This document shows positions 27,035 through 40,500 of a DNA stretch of 64,000 nucleotides, in pieces. Position 1 is the first letter of the stretch; every line of letters begins with the position of its first letter. Position numbers and translations under genes: made by a program. The notes under the pieces were generated by a model. It did no database searches. It was given only the letters and a program-made list of their open reading frames with translations, and had not been told where the DNA came from. Location: positions 132,781-196,780 of the forward strand of contig JAQGDQ010000129.1 of the NCBI GenBank assembly GCA_030141605.1, read 5' to 3'. The stretch comes from Tubiluchus corallicola. Its lineage: Eukaryota > Animalia > Priapulida.

Positions 27035-27077
27035 GTCACATGGTCTACGAGTCACGTGGTATACAGGTCACGTGACC
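27035..27077. promoter_or_regulatory. Three tandem 16-bp units each carrying a GTCAC(A/G)TG E-box
   Basis: gtcacatggtctacga gtcacgtggtatacag gtcacgtgacc. The last unit is the palindromic USF/TFE (CLEAR-type) site GGTCACGTGACC. Function is unverified. Confidence 0.35.
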
Positions 27078-30000
27078 AAAATGATGTTCAGTTAATCAAT
27101 TAAAGACGACCAACTGCCCTGGAAAGATTTGCGCTACTGCAAACAATACATTTCAAGCCAAATGATCAAACTCATGCATAGTTGACAGAAGCCGTTGTCA
27201 ATACGCTAATCAGTGTTAAACTGGCAAAATAAATATGAACAGATAGCCTGGCGTGTTGGTACGTAATTAATGACATGGTTCGATTAGCAGCTTCACTCTG
27301 CCAGGCGTGCTACATTGTACCATATTAAAATAATCACTATGTCCCAGTTTTGCGCCTGCTAATTTTATTAGGTCACTGAGTTTTCTTATTTTTATCACCC
27401 AGATCATTACAGCATTTTTTTAAGTTAACAGAAAATCTGCCATGGGCATTACATATGGAAGTCCCACACCTGGTTAATAGATCTTTGTTTCTCTTAGTGG
27501 CGATTATTAATGCACGTGTAAGTGTCTTATTTAAAAAGATCTTATTTGTACTATGATACAACATAAAAGACTAGTATGAAAAGCGTTTAAACCTTATAAA
27601 ATATATAATGCTACAGAAGGAATATTGCTTGGCATTTTTTGTTATCTAGACAAATATTCTTGGTTATCATACCACACTGTTTACACTGCATGAACGAATT
27701 TATTCAACTCATTCAAGAATTTATTGCATGAATTTTGTTTATTTCTTTTTTATTTGTTCCATACCGTTTCAGTGTGATCAGGAAGCTGTCCTTACTTGTT
27801 TTATTAGAAAGAGCGTTTTACTGAGAATAGTGTGCTCGTCCACAAGGTAACGTCTCTGATCGGAGGGTGGTTGAATAAGGAGCGAACGAGCGATCCAGCC
27901 AGTCAGCCATCTAACTAGTCAAGCAGCTTGCCACTTAGCCAACCATCTAGATGTTTTTAGATACATGTAATTTCTAAAGTGTTCAGAGTTATTTGATGTA
28001 TTTTTTAAATGTAAATGTTCTAAATACCCTTTTTATTAGTGCACGTTTCTGTAATCTTTGGTATGTATAATTACTTAGGTCTTAGTCGTATATGGTTATT
28101 ATTGCCTTATGACTTCGAAATTTTTTTAATAAAAGCACAAATGATTTTTAGTAATAGCGAATATTGTCGAAGCCGTGAGTCGTGCACCGGGCTCCACAAT
28201 CGCTTATTGCAACTTGTCAAGGTCTTCTTTGGTATCCTTTACCTGCGCGCGAGCCTAACTCGCAAGCTGATATTAAATCCGTCATGTTTATTCATGTATA
28301 AATAAAATTTCACACGTGTATCTCAATTTAAGGGAAATTACTACGTCTTGTAATCTGGTTATGCTTCCGCCTGACGGAACGTAGAACTCATCACAAATCT
28401 GTGCGATGCGACACGAGAAAATGTCACACGAGCACGCGATGGTGGCGCTCCACTCGATGTTCGTGTAATTTTTACGCCCATTATCGTTTTTGTGTTACAC
28501 CAGGGCCCATGCCATAAATTGAAATAGAAAACGCAATTTGTCACATTAATTTCATCAACAACATAAAATTGTTTACTGAAATCCTAGAATGTTTCCCCAG
28601 CGGGCTCTTTGGGTTACTTAATCTCAAGTGAAGTAAAATGCTACAAATGTTCTTAACCTGAACAATTCAAAACATCTTGTATACTGATTCCACCATCAAC
28701 TAAGCTCCCTTTTAATCTCGTGTTAATGTTATCTGGTCACAAAAACGTAGAAATTAACCTTGCAAAAAGTGACTGTATTGCAAAAAATCTTTTATTTACT
28801 TCGCTTACAAAAAGCAGTACGACAGTAAGAGTACAGCATTACATTAAACAAAGTCAGGACGATTTTTGTGACTATATCTCATTTTAACATGTGCAGGTGT
28901 AACTACGCATTTTCTTACCTACATGATTACCCAAGTGCTGCTTACAATTAGATAATATGACCGGCCAGTGGGCGCAGCCAGTGATGATGTTACATGCGCG
29001 AAAATTTTCCACGAGCATTTTCCGTGTGTTTGCGAAAGCAAAAATTGAAACATGTCACTGCCGTGTGATGTTAGGGCTAATGATGTTGACATTAAAACCA
29101 AGAAAGCTCTGCCATTTTTAGTACAAAATTTCCACGTGATCTAAGGAGGCTGCTCGGACATCATAAATGGGATGCGTTCGGCTGTTCATACCCAACGCTT
29201 TACAAGAAGCTGGCCTTACCACCATTCTAAGACAATCTAAAGAAATAATTTTTTAACAAAGATAATTTTTAAAAATGATATTTCCCTTTAATTATGTTAC
29301 CTTAGATTATTTTTGGCTTTGATCTAAAGTTGAGTACTATTTTCCTTTAAGAACGCGTCTTGGCTTTGAATAAAACGCTGAAGTTACTATCCACTTCACA
29401 TTAACATATACGGGGAAAGAAGACTAAACTCACATGTATAGAGCTTACAAGCTCCTAGACATGGTTTCACAAGACCAAAACTCTTTAGATCAGCACCCTA
29501 AACTAAGCCCTAAAAATGGAATTATAAGGCTTTTTCTACGTGGGACCTAATTCAAGCTTAACCCTACAAGAATGATTTCGAACAAAAACAGTATTATATG
29601 AGTTTGCGTGTTTCTATCCACGAAATACATAACGTTAATGGACGGATATTATGAGCTTATGTTATACTATATTACTAAAGGTATTAATCACCGACTTTAC
29701 TTACTCATACAACACGAATTAAGGCGTGAATAAAAGTGAAGGAAAGAAAATCAAATGTACGAATCTCTTAAACATGATCACACAGGTCACGGTTAATGTT
29801 AATTCAAGGTCGCGCACTGATACGTTTGTTGGATCACTCCTTCAAAATTGATCCGTTTATTTGCTCAGATGTGAAAAATCAATAAACTTTTAATTGAAAA
29901 TTCCGCGCGAAAGCACAAGGTGTCAGTTAATTTCTTTTTCAAACAGTAAAATGCACTTTACGGGCAAAACAAATCAGTAGAACGACGCCTTCGTTAGACA

Positions 30001-31171
30001 GTAACTCTTTTCTTCTTAGCTCATTGCTCCCACCAGGCAGTTAGTTGCGGCCATTGCCATGCTATTAGCTTCACATTTTTTGTGACTTTATGGCTTTCCT
30101 ACACGATTCAGAGAAAAAACAATAAGTCATTCTTCATGACAAGAATAGTTCACTGCTTCTCGGCAACGTAATGTGCTTTCAGTACAGTCTCCACCTCTCA
30201 TACCGTACCACTTCCACCAAGAAAGTTGGCTTGTCTTTGCTAAGAATGGTGAGAGATGGTGTCAGCCTATTTCATTCAAGAAAATCCACATCTGTAAGAC
30301 AAAGTCGCGTATGTGTCGTACTCATCTAACTATTGCAGGCAGAGTTGCCAACATAAATCTTTGTTTTCTAAGTCTCTGTTTTCGGGGTTTTTGTTCTCTT
30401 ATTATTTATTTGCTTTTTATTGTTCTTTGGCTATTTATTAATTAATTGATTTATTTAAATAATGTATTTTATAAAAGTGTAAACTGGTAGTCTTATAGCT
30501 CTTACACTAGACTGTACATCACATGTAGCCTTTGAAACATCAAAGACTATTAAATTTACAAAGTACATTAAAATATGATAAAGAAGATCAATAAAATCTA
30601 TACAAGGTATGTATAAAATATCTCAGTTGAGAGAGATCCCTGAAGAAAGGTGAAAAATCTTTGAGAAATCTATTAAATTTTCAATGTTTTAATAAACTCA
30701 GAGATTTCAGCTTACTTCATACTAAAAATTTATAGACTGGATAAATTCACAAGTCATAAATGAGGTCATTCATGTAGTAAAAATAGGCCTGATTCGTGTC
30801 AATTCAAATTTAATTCGGCAGTTTATAAAAACTCTTAAGAACAAATTTCATCATGTACCATCTCTGTCTTGTACTTTCATCAGAAATTGATGACTTTTGG
30901 GGAAGTGATGATGGTGGCGTGTTTACGAAGCTGTTCGGTTTGGAAATAATTTCCTGGTTGTGATTGATTCTTAGAGTTATAACAAGTTAATAATGTGATC
31001 GTGTGCTGTAACTGCATATTGAACACTACTAACTTTGCACATTAAATTAATGTGAGTACAGCAAAATTCTCACTATTTAGAAGCGTATTTAGAACAAGTC
31101 TGTAAAATGCTAAAGTGAATATTTGAAGGAACGTCCTGTTCTGCGGGTGGATACATACAAGGGTGGGCTTA

Positions 31172-32345
31172 TAAATTTATTTATCATCTTTACAACCAAA
31201 AGGTTCAATTACAGTACATCATAAAATTACAAAATATAATGTTTTTAAAAGAATAAGGAAGGTAGAACATACAGCGACAAGCACTGACACTGTTACAAGA
31301 CACATGAACGAAATAACTTAAATTAAATAAACCATATGAGAAAAACTATTCTTAAATTTCTCTGTTTAGCAGCTAGGTAAGAGGTATTTCAGATGTTGGC
31401 GAGTGTTATATCTACGAGTATCGGCATCTGGCAACAGAGTGTGGATTTTATTATTAGAATTTTGGAATGACAAGAAAAACTTTTCTCAAGAATTTTCGCG
31501 ACCGTAAGTAAAGGTTGAAGATTAGCCAAATTTAGAGCACTTACATAGTTTTCATTTGGAAAAATTAATTTCAAAGACCATTTTTGAACAGTTTCTAACA
31601 TCTCAGTGAGATTTTGGGAGAGAGATGAGTGCCATGCCTGAGAAGCGTATTCATAACTGGCTTAATCACGGTGCAATACTTTTTTTATTATATCATTAGG
31701 CGATGTTACAGCTCTTTTCATTAGTCGCAAAAGATAAATTCTCTTAAAAGCTTTAGCGTAAATTGAATGGACATGGGTGCTCCATGTTAAATTTTTAGCT
31801 ATTTGTACACCTAAATGTTTAACTGTATCAACTCTTTTTATCTTCAAATTTGGGACGGTAATAGGAGGAATCAGAAGGCTTAGCCATGAAAGACACAGAC
31901 ATTTCATTGAATTTAGACATATTGAAGTTTAGGTGATTGACGTTTGCCCATTGTAATGCCTGATTAGCAACGGTTTGAATTTTAAGTTAGTTAGTAGAGG
32001 TCATCAATATACTTTACACCATCACATTTTATGTGTAAACCATTGATCATAGTAATGAACAGACGCACTTAGGGAACCTGGTTTAGTAATTCCCATTCAG
32101 AAATAATTGAGCCAATTTTAGTTCTTTGACGACGTTGGGAAAGGAAGTAAGATAGCCAATTTAGTAAAATATTCGGAACTTGCATACATTTAAGTTTTGT
32201 TAATAAAACGTTATGATCAATGTGATCAAAAACTTTTCGGAAGTCTAATAGCAAAACTCGAGAGATACTTCCTCTCGTACAGCAGCTTTATGCAATTGAT
32301 GCATTAACTAAATCAGAGTATGTGTATGATTGCTGAGTCTGATAC
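31172..32345 (-). mobile_element. 5'-truncated, decayed CR1-group LINE reverse transcriptase with 3' UTR
   Basis: The minus strand reads THTLI*LMHQLHKA, RVLLLDFRKVFDHIDHNVLLTKL, WLSYFLSQRRQRTKIG, VP*..LFITMINGL..KYIDDL, KHLGVQIAKNLTWSTHV, KRIYLLRLMKRA and EYASQAWHSSL...LETVQKWSLKLI. The 3' end tgtaattgaaccttttggttgtaaagatgataaataaa resembles a CR1-type terminal hairpin plus AATAAA. Confidence 0.92.
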
Positions 32346-32655
32346 CTGCTGCGATTACTGCTAAGGTGATTTTGGATTTATGTCTATATGAACGATGAAC
32401 TTTTTGGGATTACAAAATTTCGTAAAATCAGTTCTGAAAACTAAAAGTTATAACCACAAGACTCATAATGTTTGAGTTGTAACCATAACATAATTCATAA
32501 TGTTTGTGTGGACACTTGGTGGAAGTCAAAAGGACTAGGAAGTGTTGAAAGTGAATACTTTTGGATGTGAAAACCGTTTGACACTGGCGCCCTGTCAAGA
32601 GAGTTTCGACTTTCAACCGTGGAACCGTGCAACCAAGAGAGCAACCGTGGAACTT

Positions 32656-32743
32656 TAAGCTTTGATGGGTGATGCCCTGAGTATCAGTGTTCTGCTCTTG
32701 CTGTCGTTAGAACCCTGACTCAGAGCTCGCTTATCCTTGCTTG
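32656..32743 (+). ncRNA. Candidate pre-miRNA-like hairpin (unvalidated)
   Basis: About 32 base pairs over 88 nt: aagc/gctt, gatgggtga/tcgcttatc, gc-ctgagt/actcag-gc, cag-gttctg/tagaac-ctg, with a ~13-nt loop. G:U pairs favour the + strand. A CNNC motif (CATC) lies at 32744. Confidence 0.3.
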
Positions 32744-33039
32744 CATCTACTACAGCAATCGAAAGAGCTTAGATACGATTTCCGCAGGCATCAGATGGTC
32801 GTATAAACTTTCAAAATTGCTCAAACAGGGACTTATTGAAAGTGAGGCAACAATTTCTTTTTAATTTTTTTCTCCGCTCAACTTGAAAAATATGCGATGT
32901 ATTATGTTCAAAATACCGTACTGTACAACAGTAATTGGAAACCAAAACCTCCACATAGTACATGTCAGGTGTGGGCAAGCCTGAAAGAGTCATTTCAAAT
33001 ATAGGCAGTTATTCGGTTCTGACAGAATAGTTGTCCAGT

Positions 33040-33305
<266 letters not shown>

Positions 33306-34393
33306 TCAAATACTGCACAAAAATACTAGTAAAATAGTTTGTAAAAAATACTTAAAATGTCCCACGCAAAAACCAGCAAAAATATGTAACGCCGTATTAC
33401 TATGGTGCTTTTTGTGTTGCCAGAAAGCCTGGCAAATGAGTCGAAAGAAAGTGAATAAGTGAGATCTCAGACAAGATTGTTTTGATGTTGATCGAAGCAA
33501 GCCAGACTGTAAAATCCCGCTAAGGATGTCAAACATTACCACGACTTTGAATGATAGATCAGTCAACATTGGAGTTGTGAGCTTTCATATGTTACTTTGC
33601 CTAGTGTGATGGCTGCTGCTCATATAATGAAAGATATGGCTTCTCTACTGCAGATGTTTTCCATCAAGCCTGCATAGGTGCAAGTTAGTCTCAGGTGTAC
33701 TTCATCTAACAGCAGGTGCGCTGGATTTCATCGCAGTACTCGGCCATAAATAAATTCAGAAAAGCAGACTTTTGCTCAAGGCATTTGTTGGAGGAATTTT
33801 TCCGAAATTTCGTGTCCGATAATTCGCTCTATCCGTCACACTACCAAATGGACCAAAGAATTAACTGGGCATTAAGAGGAGACCTTAATTTGACATTTCG
33901 TAGAGGGAGGTTGTTTACGCATTCAAGACATCTCTGTTCGGTGTCTCATCTCAGAAGATTATCCATAGTAATGATCCTTGCACGACCATTCACAATGTGT
34001 TGCGTACGACCTGGCATTCTTGTTGAATGTCCGACTTGCAGAGTGTCAAACGGTGGAAAAAATTACAGTGAAATGTAAGGCATATACTCTAGTTGTTAGC
34101 TTTCAATTTTGAAATTAGATATCTGTTTTGAATCTAATATTTTCAGAAGGCTTGGCTACACAATTATTAGCTGGTTCGCCTATGATTATCCGAATAATTA
34201 TGATTTAATATCAACAAACAAAATTGTATTATAGAAGTAACTTTTGTTATTTTAATCTTTTATTTATAAGGGTTTCATAATAAATTTATAATTATTAAAT
34301 TTACAATTGCACAGCTGGTTTATTGTGTGATATGACTAAGCTGTCATTATGTTACTAACAACAATGACACATTCAATGTTTTATTTTTCAATA

Positions 34394-34515
34394 GTCGGTA
34401 TTTACACGATGCAATTTTTGCTTACGTCCAAAACTCACGGTGTAAACTGTGCATACCGTACGATTTTATGACTTACGGACGTACGTTTAGGACACATAGT
34501 GTAAATAGGCCTTAA
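34394..34515. mobile_element. ~120-bp MITE-like element, PIF/Harbinger-like end
   Basis: tatttacacgatg ... catagtgtaaata is a 12/13 inverted match. The right end reads ..aggcc followed by ttaa. Confidence 0.5.
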
Positions 34516-37500
34516 CAATTTCAACTATATAAACTGAGCACAAGTTGATTAAGCAGAGATTTTTACTTTGACTAAGTGCGACTCTTGACGAGTTAGTTCA
34601 TTTTAGATTAAATTATTTAATTACTTACGTATGTAAGTCATTCCCCTAGTTATTTTGTAAGGCTAAGGTGGTCAATATGTTCAATCAGTACATACTGCGT
34701 ATGTAGAGATCTAGGTAATTGATGAGTACGTGCCATGTCGAAATACTGCGCTGTTTTCACCTCTGTAAGACTGTAACGTGTACGAACGAGCTAATCATGA
34801 AAAATTATTTAACCAAAATTCCCTAGCTGGTAGGATTTTCTCTGCTTGACACTCACTTCGCCAATACCTATTGCTACAATGCACTCTCCACCAGGTGAAC
34901 TTAATTCGCCAGTGATACATTCCGACAGTGCGCAATTCGCGCCAGCGTAGATTTCGCCAGTTGAACATTTTGTCGGCTCACAGTAAAAATTGCTAGTATC
35001 TTAGCTTACAAGTCTATACAAAGCCATTAATAATTAAAAGAAATCAAAACAGCTGAGTTGAATTCCATTTTAGTTGTGTACAGTCTTCTGTAATTGTGCT
35101 AATTAACTCATTTATTAACTCATTTATTGGTAAATTCAGCAATTTTGTGGGTACCAGCGTTAGTTGTATGGTAGCACTAGGATAATGATAGTAAGCTGTA
35201 TTACATTTAACTCTCAAACCAGCGCTTTGATGACAACGCATACGTTTTGATTTGCTTCCCAATTTAGCCCCGCGGCGGCAATTCAGTAATTTTGCAAGAT
35301 TAGATGTATGTAAGCTTTTCATTAGAAATCGTATAGTGAGCATATGAAATTCCTTAACAGACGAAATAGTAAAGTAATAAGTATAAAATTCTGATCAACA
35401 AGGTGTTCTATATTATAAACAAGTGTTCTAGTCTTCTGTAAGTGCCCTGCGAACTGCAGAACTGCACCAAAGGAAATATCATTTTAAAGCAAGTTTAAGC
35501 AAGTCCCCGTAAAGCGTGATACTATCTATCTCAAGGATTATTTCTTCATATTTAGATATTCATGATATAAGCAATCCACCTAAAACGATTTAATACGATG
35601 TAATATTTTGCTATACAGCCGCAGTAATTGTTGTTTTACAATTTGGTCAATACTGTCGTGAGTGCTACTACTACAAAGTAAACCTGAAATCGAAGTAACA
35701 CTTTTTTCTCAGCTGTGTTTACCCGATAAGCTGCAATAACAAACGAATCTTGTCGTAAAATATTATTTGACTAAAATACATGAAGGATCAGCCACGTGTT
35801 ATAACACATAAGCGTTGTACAGTCCGCCTTGTCTCAAATACTACACTGTATTTTTTAATCTCCAGCTTTTGTACACTTGCTCTTTTAATCAGCAGGTCAA
35901 TTTTAGTAGCATTTATTGCCTTTAAATTATGATAATTAATAGACAGATGTAGTGTTGGACGAAGTCCTTTTTCCAATTTTAATAATTTAATAATTTTTAA
36001 TATAATGTAAAATATATATTATATTGCATAATGTGTCTATTTGTGCATATGGAAATAAACTACTTTTTCGAGCTTTTTTGAACTTGCCATTTTAGTGACT
36101 ACGTTGCTTTACATAATTATAATCACTTATCATATGCTCATATTTGCATAATTAAAAACCACCAATATTAGGTCTAGTGCATAAAAAAGCAACTTGGTTA
36201 AGTTCATGGATTTATTTAAGAAAATTGAAGTTTATGAAGCTGCATGTGCATTTACTAGAACTTCACAGAACTTAACTGGTCTAAACCTCTTCTGAAAGCC
36301 ATAAATTTGTTTTATGAAAAACTTTACAATTAACCACCTTTTCAGACAAAGAATGCAATGTTTTGAAAGTATTAGTGATATACTGCTCAAGATCAATGCC
36401 TAACAAAGGGAGTTGAAAGTACTCCTAGGCTGTGCCGCGAGAGGTACTTCAATATTAGAAGCACGTCCCAGCTTTGCTGATATCAATAACAATATTTCGT
36501 CGGTCTCTCTGATGCAATTTTGTAAGGAATTTGCGAGATTAGTAACCTTTGTTAGTTCCTGATAAATCTAATCCTGGTTACAATCCGCAGGGATATATCA
36601 CCTTTTATGGCGTTGTTCTTGGTTATTCAGCTGAAATAGGCGCTGCTTTAACCTGCTCAAAATTCGTTACAAGGAACATTAATTACATTCCTCGCTACGT
36701 TTTGATTTGATAAAAATTGTACGCCACATATTCATTCATATAAATTGTACGCTACATATTTATTCAGTTGTTGCAAAACATTGGATATAACACAACATAA
36801 CAAAATATAAAAAAACTGTCACTGGATGTTAATATGGTAATCAACTTTTGTTTTACTAAAGAGCACACACATATTCGCTTCTGTACAAAGACAATTTATC
36901 TGCATGAGCTGCATTTTGAACCTTTTCGATAACCAGAGGGAAATAAAGACAAAATAGAGACAAAATAAAAGACTCATTTTTGGATTACAATTAGTTGTGA
37001 CCAAACTGATACAATTAGTACAAAAAAATCAATGTTTTTCAAATATACATTACAATAGGTCCTGTATTTTTAGGACAATTACAATCTCAATGCGGCTAAC
37101 CAAGTATGTTTCTTTTTATTCTGTCTGTATTAATGTCATTATGTTATGCTGGGTGAATTCGCACACGAATTTTCAGTTGCCGTGTTTTGACTAATATTTA
37201 TTTTAACTCAGACTTAAGCCAACATTCTGTGGTAGCATATACAAGTAATTAGCTGTCAAATCTGGAACAGAAGATGCTGTGTATGCAGTTTACATACAGG
37301 CCTAATTTTGAACTGTGTTTATTTTTGTTAGAAGTCACGTTTCGCCCAATACATGTGGGTAACTTGTCTAATTGGCAACAGACTGGCACCGCAAATAATT
37401 AATGGAAACTGGAAATTAAGCATCTTTTTATTTTTTCTTGACCAGAAACAGATCGATTTGGTAACAACTAGCTTTACCCAATATTTGTTTTTGAAGAGTT

Positions 37501-40500
37501 GACCTGTTATCAATTCCATTTGCAGAAGTTCTTTTAAGCAGTACAGAAGACTCATAAAATGTCGGTCATATATACGCCCTAAATTGTCCGCCCATTATAA
37601 ATGAATTTTGTAGTCTTATAGTCCTCTAAGAAACCGCAAAGGAGTGTTACATAGACCTACGTAACAAATTCCACCTGTACCTTTTGTATGTGAGTTAAAA
37701 ATGAGCTGCACTATGTCTAGTTTACGCTATTTTACGTTTGCTAAGTGTCATCTCTACAACTTGTACAAAGATGCTTACTCTGGTGCCAGTTAAACTAGCT
37801 CTACATCTAGCGTTGCACGTTTTTGTCATAGCTATAAACAACCTGAACTAATGATAAGTTTCAGTAAACAAAATGAATGAGTGAATAAATGAATGAATAA
37901 AAAAATAGTATCAGAACGGTTAAAACAAACAAGCAAACGTATGATTTGTTGAGCTGTCTATTCAACTTGTTTGCGTAATAGTCCAATCATCATGGGATTT
38001 CTTTTTCCCCAATAGACTCAAAGATCTATCAAGCCAGTTTCCATTTTTTATACCACCTACAGGCGACAACAATAACTTCATTGCGACTAAAGATTTGAAA
38101 GGTATTCCGGGGATTGTAACTGTTATCCTCACACGATTACCTAGCAATCCAGTAAAATAATCAGCGAGCTCTTTGTCCAAAGTTGATTAGAAGTTTCTCC
38201 AAGTACATTATTTTTTACGTACGAGTTTGTTGGCTTAATCGGTTTGCAGACGTAGGAACTTGCGCCCAGAAATCAATTCACAAATCGCCGCCATTGTAAA
38301 CCTAAGAGATTTTTGCGCAAATAATTTGAAAGGCTTTGAATACGTGCAAGCAATATTTGACTGATTTATATATCTTTGTATTGCTTTGCTAGTTTTTCGC
38401 TCTGTTGGCTAACAAGAGCGCCTAACCATCATTCATGTTTAAGAGGTTGCACAAGACAATATTTTACAGGACCTAAAAAATCTAGATGGGGAGACTTCAA
38501 GAACGTACAATGATAATGACAATGCGCGTATTGTGGCTTCTTTGATCTCATTGCTATAGTATTAATTTTATTTATTGTTTGGGAACAATTATTTTATTTA
38601 GTTTATATTTGAAATTTACTTGGATCTTATTTTAAAGTGCCAAGACTAATTACAGGTGCCTGTTAAAAGATAAATGATTAAAGTTTACATCTTTTAAAAC
38701 GTTTTTAGTGTCATTGACTGTTTATTCAAAATGCAACGAAAAAAACATTTTTCTAAATCTAGATAGGTCTGTGTTACCAGTTACTTGTACTTTTCAACTT
38801 CAAAATACCCCAACGGAAGCCTTCAGCAGGTAAGGCTTTTAGAGCTCTGTACGATCTCAGGCTGTGGTTTCTAGGCTATCCTTGGGATGGATAATGTCTG
38901 CCATTTCGTTAGCTTCATTAAGCTGATTTAATCGTCCTCGTCGCTTAATTTAGGCTGAAACTATGGGATTAGTTTAGGCTATGTTTGTTTAAGATAGACG
39001 TTTTCGTCCAGATCTTAGTGTTCTGGTGTTGTCTGTCGCCTCATACAGTGTTGATTGTAGTCTCATACTGTCAAATTCTGATTAATTCAAAAGACTATGA
39101 ATTGGTTATCTTTAGGCCTATCGGCATCTGAATCTCTCGTCGAAAACCGACCTGCGCAAATTGGTTTCTCCTTGAGTAGTACTCTTGTATTTTCATTAAG
39201 CTGGGTGTGTCTGCTGTATCTGTTTTTAGTTTTTTTAGTGCACATAGTTTTGTATATAGTTTTTAATGCTTATTGTAACTATTTATACTCCCATAATCGT
39301 CTTAGTTAAACAAATGTATACTAGACAATGAAAATATAAATTGTGCAACTAAAATAAGGTATACCTATTGCCGAAGGTAAATAAAAACACTACCTGGACT
39401 TTATTTCGTAGCAGTTGTAGTTTTCATTTCACAAAATCATATAGGCCTTATTCATTAATCGATAATTTGTAACAATTTACTTTGCAGGTTACACACACAC
39501 AGTACAGCGGATGCCACTAGAAGAGACCTATATGCTTCAACTATTGGAGTCAAAGGATACAAACATATAACAATAACGTATACATATAATTGTAAGTAGT
39601 GTAATTTGGATTTAAACAATATAATTTACAAATTACTATAAATGTCGTCGTCGTCGTTGATGATGATGATGATGTTATTTTTATTGTTGTTGCTGTTGTT
39701 GTGCCGTCATCGTCGTCATTGTGGTTAATATATACATTTTCGTGAAGTTCGTGAAGCACGGTAACTACTTACCTGGAGTGCTCTACCTTCAGAACATAGT
39801 CATTAAGTACATTAAGTAGAGCTGCCACCCAGAAAAGGTGAAGATGAAACTGTCTCCTTACGGTCAATTCCTTGCCACTTGCCACTGGTACGACCTGGTA
39901 CCAGACATCCATAACAAAGAATAATCTTATAACAACTGGCAAAATTATATTTTCTATCATTTTCTGAAGTGGTTGACAATAAGCGAATACAGTCGTGACC
40001 CACATACATCTCATGCATCTAATATTTACTAGGTTGATACGCAGCTGACGCAAAGGAATGAATTCTTGCGTCGCACATAATGTGTTAATACCGTTCTGGG
40101 GTTTATTAAAACTACATCGGATGGTGTGGCAGTTCCACTGAAAACCTGATTTAGCTGCAGTATTAGTAAAATTTAAAATATTCTAAAGATGGTTTGCACC
40201 ACTACGTGTGACTGTTTCATTAAAGTCTACCTCATTTTTCTATTTGCAATAAATCTGTTCTTATCTCCAATGTTTTCAATTGTAACCTTGATTTATTCGC
40301 GCTCTTTTAATAAACCTAATTCTTTGTTTCTGTGTTTTTTCTTGTTTTGAAAGAAGAACTGGTCTGTGAGGTTTAACTCAGACGCACTTATTACCGTAGG
40401 ATATTAATAATGTCATATTGCAAATATAAGATGGCTGTGCAAATATGATGTTATTGTATTAATTGTGTACGAGGTAACGTCTAAATATCATGCATCCAAT

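Noticed and set aside
33716-34078. 120-aa non-repetitive ORF
   Set aside because: GTG start, no recognisable domain or motif, and a length compatible with chance.
37962-38295. Minus-strand ATGGCGGCG start-like motif and 72-aa ORF
   Set aside because: The ATG frame closes after about 19 codons, and the downstream ORF has no recognisable homology.
39767-39776. ACTTACCTGG, the U1 snRNA 5' end motif
   Set aside because: The downstream sequence is not U1. It is simply a consensus splice donor on the minus strand.
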